A stretch of 64,000 nt of DNA, taken from assembly GCA_902596325.1 (NCBI GenBank), contig CACJTN010000001.1, positions 5,035 through 69,034 of the forward strand, read 5' to 3'. Positions within the stretch are counted from its first letter, which is position 1, and each line of letters opens with the position of its first letter. The notes beneath the pieces are model-generated. The model was not told the DNA's origin and did no database searches. It saw only the letters and a list, made by a program, of their open reading frames with translations. This DNA is from an uncultured Pelagibacteraceae bacterium (lineage in GTDB: Bacteria; Pseudomonadota; Alphaproteobacteria; Pelagibacterales; Pelagibacteraceae). The translations under genes and the position numbers were made by a program. Shown here one piece after another: positions 29,522 to 39,808 of this stretch.

Positions 29522-31461
29522 AATCTTTTTTTTATCTTCTTAATTATTTCTTTAGAATTTAGGCCAAAATAATCGTATATTTTTTTATAAGGTGCACTTT
29601 TACCAAAACTATTTATTCCAAAATTTAGTCCATTATCACTTGTGTATTTTTTCCAAAAAGCACTTTCAGATGCTTCAATAGAAACCACCAAAGGAGACTC
29701 TTTTAATATTTTTTTCTTATATTTTTCACTCTGTTTGTCAAATATTTCTTGGCAAGGCATCGATATAACTTTGGAGTAAATATTTTCTGTGGCTAATTTA
29801 TGACTTACCTCACAAGCTAAACTAGTCTCTGATCCAGAAGATAGTATTGTAAGTTTAATATGATTTGATGATCTATAAACTTCATAAGCTCCTAATGAAC
29901 ATTTATTTTTCTTTTCTAGTTTTGTTCTTACAGGATTAACACTTTGTCTAGTTAAAGCTATGACGCTTGGAGTATTTTTATTTTTTAATGCTAGTTCCCA
30001 ACACTCAAATGTCTCAATTAAATCAGCTGGCCTAAATACATTTAAATTTGGAATTGATCTTAGACTAGTTAATTGTTCTATTGGTTGATGTGTTGGTCCA
30101 TCTTCACCTAGACCTATTGAGTCATGAGATAAAACATAAATTACTCTTTTTTTCATCATCGCAGCCAATCTAATTGATGGTTTACAGTAATCACTAAAAA
30201 TTAAGAAAGTGCCACCATAAGGAATTAAATTACTATGCAGGGATAATCCATTCATTATTCCACACATAGCATGTTCTCTCACTCCATAATGAATATAGTT
30301 TCCCCTAAATGCGCCAGGCTTTATAATTTTATGATTTTTTGTCATAGTGTTATTCGATCCAGATAAATCTGCAGAACCACCTATTAACAACTTGGAATTT
30401 GAAATAATATCTAAAAACATTTCAGAGCATTTTCTTGTTGCTAAAGGTTTTAAAGTTTTCAAATACTCCTTTTTGAATTTCATTATTGAAAAATTATTTT
30501 TTTTTAATAGGACATTTTGTTTATGAATTTTATTTAAGTTCCTAAATTCTTTTTGAGATAATTTAGAATTTCTTTTACCAATTTTTCTCCATTCTTTAAT
30601 AATTGAATTTGGAATAACAAAACTATCGTAATTCCATTTCAATTTTTTTCTAACTAGTTTCACCTCTTCTTTACCAAGAGGACTGCCATGCGCCGAAGCA
30701 CTGCCACTTTTGTTTGGAGAGCCAAATCCAATTTTTGTTTTACATGAGATTGCAATTGGTTTTTTCGAATTTTGAGCTATTTTCAAAGCTTTGTTTATTT
30801 CTTTAAAATTATGACCATTTATACTTATGTAATTCCAGCCATAGCTATTAAATCTTTTTTTATAATCGTCTGAAACTGCCAAACTAGTCGGACCATCTAT
30901 CGAAATTGAATTATTATCAAATAACAAAATTAAATTTTTTAGTTTTAAATGGCCTGCAAGACTTAATGCTTCATGACTTATTCCTTCCATCAAACATCCA
31001 TCACCAGCTAAAACATAAGTTTTATGATTAATTATTTTCTTACCGTATTGAGCTTTCAGAATTTCTTCAGCTAATGCAAAACCTACAGCATTTGAAATTC
31101 CCTGTCCTAACGGACCTGTTGTTGTTTCTATACCACTGTCTTGCTCAAACTCTGGATGACCAGCACATATAGAATTTAATTGTCTAAAATTTTTGATATC
31201 CTTTAAAGAGACGCTTTTATAGCCCGTTAGATACAATAATGAATACAGTAACATCGAGCCATGTCCCGCTGACAAAATAAATCTATCTCTATTAATCCAG
31301 CTAGGATTTGCAGGGTCAAATTTAATAAAGTTTTTGAATAAAATCGTCGCCACATCTGCCATTCCCATTGGCATACCCGGATGCCCAGAATTAGCTCTCT
31401 GTACGGCATCTACCGACAAAAATCTGATTGAGTTAGCTAAATCTTTGTTATCAATTTTCAA
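29518..31461 (-). CDS. tkt: Transketolase
   Basis: [34 protein letters not shown]. Confidence 0.98.
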   Translation of the reverse strand: MKIDNKDLANSIRFLSVDAVQRANSGHPGMPMGMADVATILFKNFIKFDPANPSWINRDRFILSAGHGSMLLYSLLYLTGYKSVSLKDIKNFRQLNSICAGHPEFEQDSGIETTTGPLGQGISNAVGFALAEEILKAQYGKKIINHKTYVLAGDGCLMEGISHEALSLAGHLKLKNLILLFDNNSISIDGPTSLAVSDDYKKRFNSYGWNYISINGHNFKEINKALKIAQNSKKPIAISCKTKIGFGSPNKSGSASAHGSPLGKEEVKLVRKKLKWNYDSFVIPNSIIKEWRKIGKRNSKLSQKEFRNLNKIHKQNVLLKKNNFSIMKFKKEYLKTLKPLATRKCSEMFLDIISNSKLLIGGSADLSGSNNTMTKNHKIIKPGAFRGNYIHYGVREHAMCGIMNGLSLHSNLIPYGGTFLIFSDYCKPSIRLAAMMKKRVIYVLSHDSIGLGEDGPTHQPIEQLTSLRSIPNLNVFRPADLIETFECWELALKNKNTPSVIALTRQSVNPVRTKLEKKNKCSLGAYEVYRSSNHIKLTILSSGSETSLACEVSHKLATENIYSKVISMPCQEIFDKQSEKYKKKILKESPLVVSIEASESAFWKKYTSDNGLNFGINSFGKSAPYKKIYDYFGLNSKEIIKKIKKRL

Positions 31462-31513
31462 AAATTATCCTGTATAGACTAAGATGATTCAATTTATTAA
31501 TATAGTTATATAT

Positions 31514-31837
31514 ATGAATTCTTTTAATGAGAAAGAAAAAAAATTACTAGACACTTTAGAAAAATTGAAAAATTTTGAGATATTAACTATTAAAAACTCT
31601 AAAGAAATTAAATTGTTAGAGAACAAAAAAAATCAATTAGAAATTGAAAAAACAGAATTAGTGAAAAAATATAATTTTATGAAGAATGAGTATGAGCAAT
31701 TAAAGGTAAAATTAGATTATTTTGATAAACAGCGAAAAGAGGAAAGTAAAAAAGAAAAAAAATTTGAGGAGAAAATTGATGAATTAAATCAGGAAACGGA
31801 TATTCTGATTGATGAACTAGATAAATGGCAAATGTAA
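31514..31837 (+). CDS. Coiled-coil hypothetical protein upstream of zapA (start 31514 or 31484)
   Basis: Lys/Glu-rich heptad pattern; overlaps the zapA start. Confidence 0.7.
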   Translation: MNSFNEKEKKLLDTLEKLKNFEILTIKNSKEIKLLENKKNQLEIEKTELVKKYNFMKNEYEQLKVKLDYFDKQRKEESKKEKKFEEKIDELNQETDILIDELDKWQM

Positions 31838-32274
31838 ACATAAACTTCAATGGTAAGGATTTTTTATTGTCTTGCGAGGATGGACAGGAAGAACATCTTG
31901 ATGAGCTATCAAAAATATTAAACAATAAATTTAATAAATTGAAAACTACTCTTGGAAATATAGGAGAAAGCAAATTGTTATTAATAACTTCTATAACTAT
32001 TCTAGATGAGTACTATGAAACTAAAAAAAGAATAAATGAAAAAAAAATAGAAATTGATGAAATAAAAAATAAATTCAAAGAACTAAAATCGTTAGTTTAT
32101 GAATTTAAAAAAAATAAAGATATTCAAATACATTTATTAAACGAAAAACAAAAAGAATTAGAAATTGAAATAGAAAAAAATAAAAATAATTATAATTCTA
32201 TTATAGAAGACACTACAAATAAATTAGAAAATTTTATTAATAAAATTAATGTAAATTCATCATTAGACAAATAA
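31825..32274 (+). CDS. zapA: Cell division protein ZapA
   Basis: VNINFNGKDFLLSCEDGQEEHL...GESKLLLITSI; alphaproteobacterial ZapA pattern. Confidence 0.9.
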   Translation: MANVNINFNGKDFLLSCEDGQEEHLDELSKILNNKFNKLKTTLGNIGESKLLLITSITILDEYYETKKRINEKKIEIDEIKNKFKELKSLVYEFKKNKDIQIHLLNEKQKELEIEIEKNKNNYNSIIEDTTNKLENFINKINVNSSLDK

Positions 32275-32276
32275 AA

Positions 32277-32819
32277 GTGAAAAAATCGGATATTAGAAAT
32301 AAAATTTTAAGTATAAGAAAAAATAAGTTTGATCCCTCAAAAAAAATTAATTTCAATATTATTAAAGACTTTATTTTTAAAAATAGTGCTAAACCAGTGA
32401 TTGGCGGTTATGTTCCAGTAAATTATGAAATAGACTGTTTAAATATACTTAAAAAACTCGAGAATGAAAAAATTAAAATAAGCCTACCAGTAATTAAAAA
32501 TAATAATGATATGGAGTTTTATAGACATTCATTTAAATATCCAATGCAAATTAATAAATATGGGATACCAGAACCTTTAAAGAGTAAAATTCTATTGCCT
32601 AATATTTTATTTGTTCCTTTGGTAGCCTTTGATGATAAACTTTATAGGATTGGATATGGTGGGGGATATTACGACAGATATTTAGCGAAATTAGAAAAAA
32701 AAAAGCTTTTCAAATCAATTGGATTTGCTTTCTCTTTTCAAAAGGTTAATGAAATTCCTATTAATAATTTTGACAAAAAACTAGATCTAGTTATTACAGA
32801 GAATAAATTGTACAAATGA
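32277..32819 (+). CDS. ygfA: 5-formyltetrahydrofolate cyclo-ligase
   Basis: GIPEP, VPLVAFD, RIGYGGGYYDR. Confidence 0.96.
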   Translation: MKKSDIRNKILSIRKNKFDPSKKINFNIIKDFIFKNSAKPVIGGYVPVNYEIDCLNILKKLENEKIKISLPVIKNNNDMEFYRHSFKYPMQINKYGIPEPLKSKILLPNILFVPLVAFDDKLYRIGYGGGYYDRYLAKLEKKKLFKSIGFAFSFQKVNEIPINNFDKKLDLVITENKLYK

Positions 32820-33622
32820 AATTTTTATTCTTAGGTGATATAGTTGGCCTTGTCGGTTGCGATAAATTAAAAAAAAATTTACCAGAAATAATTATAAAAA
32901 AAAAAATTGATTTTGTAGTTGTTAATGGTGAAAATTCTTTTGATAGCGGAGTAGGTATAACCGAAAACATTATGAGTGAATTATTATCTTCAGGTGTTGA
33001 TGTTATAACAACCGGAAATCACGTCTGGGATCAAAAAGAGACTTATGATTTTATCAAAAATGAGAAAAGATTACTCAGACCTTTAAACTTAATTGGGGAT
33101 CTACCTGGCAAGGGTTTTAATATTTTTAATTCAAAAAAAGGTTTCAAAGTTGGTGTTCTTAATTTGATGGGAAATGTATTTATGAAAAAGTGTGAAAACG
33201 TTTTTGACGTTTCAAAAAATTTTTTAGATAATAAAAAATTAAAAGCTGACTATGATTTTTTGTTAGTTGATTTTCACGGCGAAATTACAAGTGAAAAAAT
33301 GGCAATAGGACATTTTTTTGATGGTAAAGCAACTTTAGTTGTTGGTACTCATACACACGTTCCAACCAACGATTGTAGAATATTAGTTAAGGGAACAGCT
33401 TATCAAACAGATGCAGGTATGTGTGGAGATTATAACTCTGTAATAGGCATGAATAAAGAAATATCTTTAAATAGATTTTTAAAAAAAACTACAGATAAAA
33501 ACTATCCATCGAATGGAAATGCCTCTCTATGTGGAGTTATCGTAGATGCTGACGATAATAGCGGATTAGCGAACAAAGCTGAGAGTTTTATTTTTAGTGG
33601 AGATCACAAAATAGGAATTTAA
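32816..33622 (+). CDS. ymdB: YmdB-like metallophosphoesterase (TIGR00282)
   Basis: GDIVG, NGEN, GNHVWD, DFHGEITSEK, GTHTHVPT, TDAGMCG. Confidence 0.95.
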   Translation: MKFLFLGDIVGLVGCDKLKKNLPEIIIKKKIDFVVVNGENSFDSGVGITENIMSELLSSGVDVITTGNHVWDQKETYDFIKNEKRLLRPLNLIGDLPGKGFNIFNSKKGFKVGVLNLMGNVFMKKCENVFDVSKNFLDNKKLKADYDFLLVDFHGEITSEKMAIGHFFDGKATLVVGTHTHVPTNDCRILVKGTAYQTDAGMCGDYNSVIGMNKEISLNRFLKKTTDKNYPSNGNASLCGVIVDADDNSGLANKAESFIFSGDHKIGI

Positions 33623-34344
33623 TGGCGGGACATTCTCATTGGGCAGGTATAAAACATAAAAAGGATAGAGTTGATAAAACTAGATCTAAAATATTTTCAA
33701 AACTATCAAAAGAAATTACCGTAGCTGCTAAATTAGGAGATAAAGATCCAAATACAAATTCCAGATTAAGATCAGCAATTCAATCTGCGAGATCTGCTAA
33801 CATGCCTAAAGATAATATAGAAAGAGCAATAGATAAATCAAAATTATCAAAAGAACATAATTTCGAACATTTACGATATGAGGGCTTCGGTCCGAATAAT
33901 ATAGCATGTATAGTTGAGGCTTTGACAGATAACAAAAATAGAACAGCTTCCAATATTAGAACACTTTTTCAAAAAAAAGGTGGATCATTAGGGTCACAAG
34001 GGTCTGCTTCACATAATTTTAAACAAATTGGTGTGATTAAGTTTGATATCAATGAGATCAAAGAAGATGTTATATATAATTATGTAATAGATTTAGGAAT
34101 TGACGACTTATTAATTAAAGATGATTTTTATGAAATTCATTGTGAAAAAAATGAAATTTATAATGTTAAAAAAAAATTGGAAATTAAAATAAAAAATTTT
34201 ATATCAACAAAAATTGAATGGATACCAATTAATTTAGTTGTTCCTATGGAAGATGAAAAGCAAAATCTATATGATTTTATAAATAGTTTAGAGGATAACG
34301 AAGACGTTCAAAATGTTTATACAAATTTAAAATTTACAGATTAG
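33622..34344 (+). CDS. yebC: YebC/PmpR family protein
   Basis: MAGHSHWAGIKHKK, YEGFGP, TDNKNRT, DVQNVYTN. Confidence 0.97.
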   Translation: MAGHSHWAGIKHKKDRVDKTRSKIFSKLSKEITVAAKLGDKDPNTNSRLRSAIQSARSANMPKDNIERAIDKSKLSKEHNFEHLRYEGFGPNNIACIVEALTDNKNRTASNIRTLFQKKGGSLGSQGSASHNFKQIGVIKFDINEIKEDVIYNYVIDLGIDDLLIKDDFYEIHCEKNEIYNVKKKLEIKIKNFISTKIEWIPINLVVPMEDEKQNLYDFINSLEDNEDVQNVYTNLKFTD

Positions 34345-34347
34345 TTT

Positions 34348-34839
34348 ATGTATATTATAAGTATTGACCCAGGTATTTCAGGTGCAATCTGTTTTTTTGA
34401 GAATGGAAGTGTGGTGGATGTAATTGACATGCCATCTATGGCAGACGGCAAAAAAAATAAAAAACAAGTGAATGGTTCCCAAATATATAATGAAATAAAC
34501 TTAAAAATTAAAAACATTGATAAAAAAAAAATTGTTGTTGTAATAGAACAGGTATCTGCAATGCCTGGACAAGGTGTGACCAGTATGTTTAATTTTGGTC
34601 AATCGTTTGGTGTGATTAAGGGAATTTGTTCTGCAATGCAACTACCAATGTATTTTGTTCGACCTGCGAAATGGAAGAAATATTTTAACCTAATTAAGAC
34701 GGAAAAAGAGGCAAGTAGAACAAAAGCTATAGAAATTTTTCCTCAAATATCCTCCAAACTATCAAAAAAAAAGGACAATAATAAAGCTGACGCAATTTTG
34801 ATAGCTAGTTTTTTTAATAATACACATTTAAGTAACTAA
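34348..34839 (+). CDS. ruvC: RuvC-fold Holliday junction resolvase, phage/MOC1-like type
   Basis: IDPGISGA, VIEQV.AMPGQGVTSMFNFG, VRPAKWKK, ADAILIA; occupies the ruvC position after yebC. Confidence 0.8.
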   Translation: MYIISIDPGISGAICFFENGSVVDVIDMPSMADGKKNKKQVNGSQIYNEINLKIKNIDKKKIVVVIEQVSAMPGQGVTSMFNFGQSFGVIKGICSAMQLPMYFVRPAKWKKYFNLIKTEKEASRTKAIEIFPQISSKLSKKKDNNKADAILIASFFNNTHLSN

Positions 34840-34893
34840 TACCTATATCACTAAAGTCAAATTGATGACACAATTTAGTGTGAATAAAGTTTT

Positions 34894-35565
34894 ATGGAAG
34901 CAGATATTGCATCACAAGCTGTTGGTTTAACAAGTACAGATTTTTCAATAGTTCAATTATTTTTAAGAGCAGATATTATAGTTAAATCAGTAATAATTAT
35001 TTTAATTGCAGCATCAGTTTATTCTTGGGCAATTATTTTTGATAAATATAAATTATTTAAAAAAATAAATAAGACCTCTGACGAATTTGAAGAAAAATTT
35101 TGGAAATCGAAATCAGCTGAAACATTTTTTAATAATCTACCAGCTAACATAGACGATCCAATGGCAAAAGTTTTCAGAGTAACAATGCAATCTGTAATTA
35201 AGACAAGATCTAAATCAAATTTATCAGAGAGATTAGAAAGCACACTCCAATCAAATATAGAAAAGCAAATGAACATTATAGAGAAAAATTATACCTTTTT
35301 AGCAACTGTTGGATCCACAGCCCCCTTTATTGGATTATTCGGAACTGTATGGGGAATAATGAATTCATTTCAATCAATAGCAATTTCAAGAAATACCAGT
35401 TTAGCTATTGTTGCACCAGGTATAGCGGAAGCATTGTTTGCGACTGCTCTTGGTTTATTAGCAGCCATACCAGCAGTTATAGCATACAATAAATTTAGCA
35501 GTGACTCTAAAAAGTATTTTCAAAAATTAGAAAATTTTTCAAAAAGATTTATTTCTATAACTTAA
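34894..35565 (+). CDS. tolQ: Tol-Pal protein TolQ
   Basis: LATVGSTAPFIGLFGTVWGIM, VAPGIAEALFATALGL.AAIPA. Confidence 0.97.
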   Translation: MEADIASQAVGLTSTDFSIVQLFLRADIIVKSVIIILIAASVYSWAIIFDKYKLFKKINKTSDEFEEKFWKSKSAETFFNNLPANIDDPMAKVFRVTMQSVIKTRSKSNLSERLESTLQSNIEKQMNIIEKNYTFLATVGSTAPFIGLFGTVWGIMNSFQSIAISRNTSLAIVAPGIAEALFATALGLLAAIPAVIAYNKFSSDSKKYFQKLENFSKRFISIT

Positions 35566-35982
35566 ATGGCTTTTAATCTTAAACGATCATCTAGAGAACC
35601 AATGAGTGAAATTAATGTAACACCATTTGTTGATGTAATGTTAGTCTTATTGATAATTTTTATGGTTACAGCTCCTCTTCTAACAGTTGGTGTTCAAGTT
35701 GATTTGCCAGAAAGTTCAGCAGATACATTGCCTGAGGAACAAGAGCCACTAACACTTACAATTAATTCTAAAGGGGAAATATATATTCAAGAGTCAAAAG
35801 TTGAATATGATAATATAATAGATAAAATTCTTGCAGTTTCAAAAAACAGAACGGATACTAGAATTTATGTGAGAGGAGATAAAACAATTAATTATGGTCG
35901 CGTTCTTGAAATTATGGGTATGCTTTCCGGCTCTGGTTTTACAAAAGTTGCTTTAATATCCGAGCCTTATAAAGAGCGTTAA
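35566..35982 (+). CDS. tolR: Tol-Pal protein TolR
   Basis: EINVTPFVDVMLVLLIIFMVTAP. Confidence 0.97.
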   Translation: MAFNLKRSSREPMSEINVTPFVDVMLVLLIIFMVTAPLLTVGVQVDLPESSADTLPEEQEPLTLTINSKGEIYIQESKVEYDNIIDKILAVSKNRTDTRIYVRGDKTINYGRVLEIMGMLSGSGFTKVALISEPYKER

Positions 35983-35983
35983 A

Positions 35984-36790
35984 GTGTCTAAAAGTATTCT
36001 ATTATCATCAGCATTTCATGCGTTAATAATAATTCTAACGATTGTCACTCTACCTTTTGTCGCTAAAAAACCAGTGGATTTACCCCCCTTAATATCTGTC
36101 GAGCTAATTCAAATTTCTGAGAAGACAAATATTCCTTTTGCACCTAAAGCAAAAAAAATAATTGAGAAAATCAAAGAGGAAGAAAAAAAGCTTGTATCTG
36201 AGCAGGCACCTCCAAAAAAAGTTAAAAAAATTAAACCTGAAGCAATTCCAATGCCAGACCAAAAAGTTGAAAAAATTAAACAAGTAGAAGATAAGCAAAA
36301 TCCTGAAGTAGAGGACAAAAAGGTAAAACAAGTATCTGAATTCGAAAAAAAAGAAATCTTTGATCCCACTAATATTGCAGCATTAATTGATAAGTCTAAA
36401 GAAAATTTAGCTGAAACTGATATAAAGTCTAATAAAATTACTCAATCTCAAGATAAATCATTAAATAACGTAGGATTAACTTTAAGTGAAGAAGATGCGT
36501 TAAAAGCCCAAATATTTGGATGCTGGAGCATACCCTTGGGACTACCTTACAACGAAAATTTAATGGTAAAAATTAAATTGAAATTAAAACCAGATGGCAC
36601 GATAATTGATTCTGAAATACTAGATCATGCAAGAATGAATAAACCTGGTCAAAAGTTTTATAAAGTACTGGCTGAGAGCGCTTTAAGAGCAATTCAGCTA
36701 TGCCAACCTTTGAGAGTTCCATCTACTGGATATGAAAGATGGAAGGATTTACAATTAAATTTTGATGCAAGAGAAATGTTAGAGGGGTGA
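35984..36790 (+). CDS. tolA: Tol-Pal protein TolA
   Basis: TM with SxxxH motif, charged linker, C-terminal CW..P / [13 protein letters not shown]; synteny. Confidence 0.88.
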   Translation: MSKSILLSSAFHALIIILTIVTLPFVAKKPVDLPPLISVELIQISEKTNIPFAPKAKKIIEKIKEEEKKLVSEQAPPKKVKKIKPEAIPMPDQKVEKIKQVEDKQNPEVEDKKVKQVSEFEKKEIFDPTNIAALIDKSKENLAETDIKSNKITQSQDKSLNNVGLTLSEEDALKAQIFGCWSIPLGLPYNENLMVKIKLKLKPDGTIIDSEILDHARMNKPGQKFYKVLAESALRAIQLCQPLRVPSTGYERWKDLQLNFDAREMLEG

Positions 36791-38133
36791 TGAGAAAAAT
36801 TTTATTATTTACTTTATTTTTTCTATTTAATGTAAGTAAAGCATATTCTCTAATAGAAGTAGATATTACTAGAGGAAATCTCAATCCACTTCCAATCGCT
36901 GTATCTCCTCTATTTTCTGACAGTGATACCAAAGAAGAACTCGAAAATGAATCAAACATTATTAAATTAGGAGATAAAATATCTGAAGTTGTTGAAAACA
37001 ATTTAAGAAGAACTGGGTTATTTAATCCTTTAGAAAAAAATGCTTTTTTACAAAATCCCGATGTAGCACATTTAAAACCCAGATTTGAAGATTGGAAATT
37101 AATAAAAGCCCAAGCACTTATAACCGGACAAGTGAAATTTGTAGATGAGAAGTTAAGAGTGGAGTTTAGATTATGGGATGTGCTTGCTGCTAAAGAACTT
37201 ATGGCGCTAGCTTTTACAACTGTACCAGAAAACTGGAGAAGAGTTGGTCATATTATATCAGACAAAATTTATGAGAGATTAACTGGTGAAAAGGGTTATT
37301 TCGATACAAGAATAATTTATGTTGCTGAACAGGGTCCAAAAACAAAAAGAATTAAGAAACTTGCTATAATGGATCAAGATAGTGTTAATACTAAATATTT
37401 AACTTTAGGAAATGAGTTAGTTCTAACTCCTAGATTTAATCCAACAAACCAAATGGTTACATACTTATCTTATTTTAAAAATTTACCTAGAGTTTATTTA
37501 TTGGATATAGAAACTGGGATACAGGAAGTAGTCGGAGATTTTCCAGGAATGACATTTGCTCCAAGATTTTCACCTGATGGAAAAAAAATAATCATGAGTT
37601 TTGCTAAAGATGGCAATTCAGATATTTACACTATGAATTTAGAAAATCGTATTGTAAACAGAATTACCAATCATCCATCAATAGACACATCTCCATCTTA
37701 TTCTCCAGATGGAAAATTTATTACATTTAATTCTGATAGAAGTGGATTTCAACAAATATATGTTATGAAAAGTGATGGCTCTAATGTTAAAAGAATTTCA
37801 TTTGGAAAAGGTTTATATGGAACTCCAGTCTGGTCTCCAAGAGGTGACTTAATAGCATTTACAAAATTACATAAAGGTAAATTTTATATTGGTGTTATGA
37901 GAACTGATGGTAGCGGAGAAAGATTGTTAACTGAAAATTATTATCAAGAAGCACCATCATGGTCTCCAAATGGAAGAGTACTAATTTTTTATAGAGAAAC
38001 AAAATCTAATAGTGAGGGTGAAGGATTTTCAGCAAAACTTTGGTCTATAGATTTAACAGGTTATAATGAGAGACAGGTACCAACAGAAACTGATGGTTCA
38101 GACCCTTCTTGGTCATCATTATTGAGTAATTAA
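36787..38133 (+). CDS. tolB: Tol-Pal beta-propeller protein TolB
   Basis: Signal peptide, GYFDTRI, repeated P.FSPDG / P.WSP (PD40) motifs. Confidence 0.97.
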   Translation: MMRKILLFTLFFLFNVSKAYSLIEVDITRGNLNPLPIAVSPLFSDSDTKEELENESNIIKLGDKISEVVENNLRRTGLFNPLEKNAFLQNPDVAHLKPRFEDWKLIKAQALITGQVKFVDEKLRVEFRLWDVLAAKELMALAFTTVPENWRRVGHIISDKIYERLTGEKGYFDTRIIYVAEQGPKTKRIKKLAIMDQDSVNTKYLTLGNELVLTPRFNPTNQMVTYLSYFKNLPRVYLLDIETGIQEVVGDFPGMTFAPRFSPDGKKIIMSFAKDGNSDIYTMNLENRIVNRITNHPSIDTSPSYSPDGKFITFNSDRSGFQQIYVMKSDGSNVKRISFGKGLYGTPVWSPRGDLIAFTKLHKGKFYIGVMRTDGSGERLLTENYYQEAPSWSPNGRVLIFYRETKSNSEGEGFSAKLWSIDLTGYNERQVPTETDGSDPSWSSLLSN

Positions 38134-38199
38134 TCCTAATTTGGACATAAAATATTCGATTAATTCAATTGATTTTTAGGCTTGAAAGATCTATTTAGT

Positions 38200-38208
38200 T
38201 GTGGATAA
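38200..38208 (-). promoter_or_regulatory. Consensus DnaA box (TTATCCACA) in the tolB-pal intergenic region
   Basis: Plus-strand TGTGGATAA, a 9/9 match; single copy, so function is uncertain. Confidence 0.4.
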
Positions 38209-38248
38209 ATTAAATTTTAAAGATTTAGACAATTAATTAAGGAGCAGT

Positions 38249-38731
38249 ATGATATCAAACAAAATTTTAAAAAACGTATTCCTGGTATTTTTGTTAAGCT
38301 TTGTTTTGTCTGCATGTGCAACACAAACTAAAAAAGTAGATTCACAGATGCAGGGAGACGTATATACTGGAACTGACACTGTAGAATATTTGGCTAGCGG
38401 TGTCCCAGACAGGGTTTTCTTTGCAACCAATGAGTCAGTTTTAACAACTGCTTCTAGAGATACTTTGAGAAAACAAGCTGCATGGTTAAGAAAGAATTCA
38501 GACATTACAATTGTTTTAGAAGGCCACGCTGACGAAAGAGGAACAAGAGAGTATAACTTGGCATTAGGTGAAAGAAGAGCTAATGCTGCAAAAGACTATT
38601 TGATGACATATGGAATTTCTTCAGATAGAATTTCTGTTATTAGTTATGGAAAAGAGAGACCAGTAGACTCTGGCTCAAATCCTTTAGCATGGTCAAAAAA
38701 TAGAAGATCAGTCTCAGTCAAAGCTAACTAA
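38249..38731 (+). CDS. pal: Peptidoglycan-associated lipoprotein Pal
   Basis: Lipobox LSAC, EGHADERGTREYNLALGERRA, SYGKERP, NRR; AAGGAG ribosome-binding site. Confidence 0.98.
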   Translation: MISNKILKNVFLVFLLSFVLSACATQTKKVDSQMQGDVYTGTDTVEYLASGVPDRVFFATNESVLTTASRDTLRKQAAWLRKNSDITIVLEGHADERGTREYNLALGERRANAAKDYLMTYGISSDRISVISYGKERPVDSGSNPLAWSKNRRSVSVKAN

Positions 38732-38751
38732 GATAAAAAAATTAATAATTT

Positions 38752-38785
38752 AAGACCCTAGATTAAAATCTAGGGTCTTTATTTT
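38752..38785 (+). terminator. Rho-independent terminator after pal
   Basis: Perfect 12-bp stem AAGACCCTAGAT / ATCTAGGGTCTT, 4-nt loop TAAA, followed by TATTTT. Confidence 0.85.
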
Positions 38786-38815
38786 GCCATTATTATTCAT
38801 ACAAATAAAATTTTT

Positions 38816-39808
38816 ATGAAAAAAATTATATTTATAATTAATTATATTTTGTTTTATTTAATTTTTTTGTCGTCTAATTCTTTTTCCGACAACCATAATT
38901 TCAAAGAAATATTAGAAATTATTCAAAATGATATCAAAACTTTAGAAAAAGCAGTTTATTCTGAGAGTAAATTAAACAATGAATTATCAAATAACTCAGA
39001 TGCATTAAATGATAATGCTGAAGATGTTTTAACGAGACATTTATTAAAATTATCAGAGATTGAAACTCAGTTTCAAAATTTAACAAACAGATTTGAGGAA
39101 ATTAACTTTAAGATAGATAAACTTTCAACTAGACTATCAAAAGTACAGAGCGATAATCAATTAAGGTTTCAACAATTAGAGAAATCAGTAAATAAAAATA
39201 TCAGTACAGAGGCAGCAAATATAACATCTTCATCTACATCTAGTGATCCAAATCTAATTTTACCTGGTTCAAGCGAACCTCAAGATCTTGGTTCAATTTC
39301 TTATAAAGATATGACCAGTGAGGAAACAAATCAAGAGACAAAATCAATTGATACTACAGCCTCAGTAGTAACTGAAAATTTTATTGCTGAAGAAAAAATT
39401 TTACCTCAAGCAAATCCACAACAGCAGTATGAATTTGCAACAAGTTTTCTTAAAGTTGGAGATTATAATACTGCAGAGAGAGCATTTAGAGAATTTGTAA
39501 ACACAAATCCAGATCATAATTTAGCTGGTAATGCTCAATATTGGTATGCAGAAACATTTAGAATTAGACAATTATACACCGATGCAGCATCAGCTTACCT
39601 TGAGGGTTATAAAAATTATCCTAAGAGCGATAAAGCTCCAATAAATTTATTAAAACTAGGAGTTTCCTTAGTACAAATTGGTGAAAAAGATCAAGGTTGT
39701 TTGATGATTTTGGGAGTTAAAAAACAATATCCTAACGCAAAAGAATCTGTAATCCAAAAAGCCAAATATGAGGAAAAAAAGTTTGAGTGTAAAAAAAATA
39801 ATTCATAA
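38816..39808 (+). CDS. cpoB: Cell division coordinator CpoB (YbgF)
   Basis: Signal peptide, coiled coil, TPR domain (LAGNAQYWYAE, KAP..LLKLG); follows pal. Confidence 0.9.
   Translation: MKKIIFIINYILFYLIFLSSNSFSDNHNFKEILEIIQNDIKTLEKAVYSESKLNNELSNNSDALNDNAEDVLTRHLLKLSEIETQFQNLTNRFEEINFKIDKLSTRLSKVQSDNQLRFQQLEKSVNKNISTEAANITSSSTSSDPNLILPGSSEPQDLGSISYKDMTSEETNQETKSIDTTASVVTENFIAEEKILPQANPQQQYEFATSFLKVGDYNTAERAFREFVNTNPDHNLAGNAQYWYAETFRIRQLYTDAASAYLEGYKNYPKSDKAPINLLKLGVSLVQIGEKDQGCLMILGVKKQYPNAKESVIQKAKYEEKKFECKKNNS

Noticed and set aside
34842-34848. RpoH promoter upstream of tolQ (CCTATAT)
   Set aside because: No CTTG-like -35 element at the expected spacing
38200-38208. Replication origin at the DnaA box
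   Set aside because: Single box in a short spacer; no box cluster and no oriC-associated genes nearby
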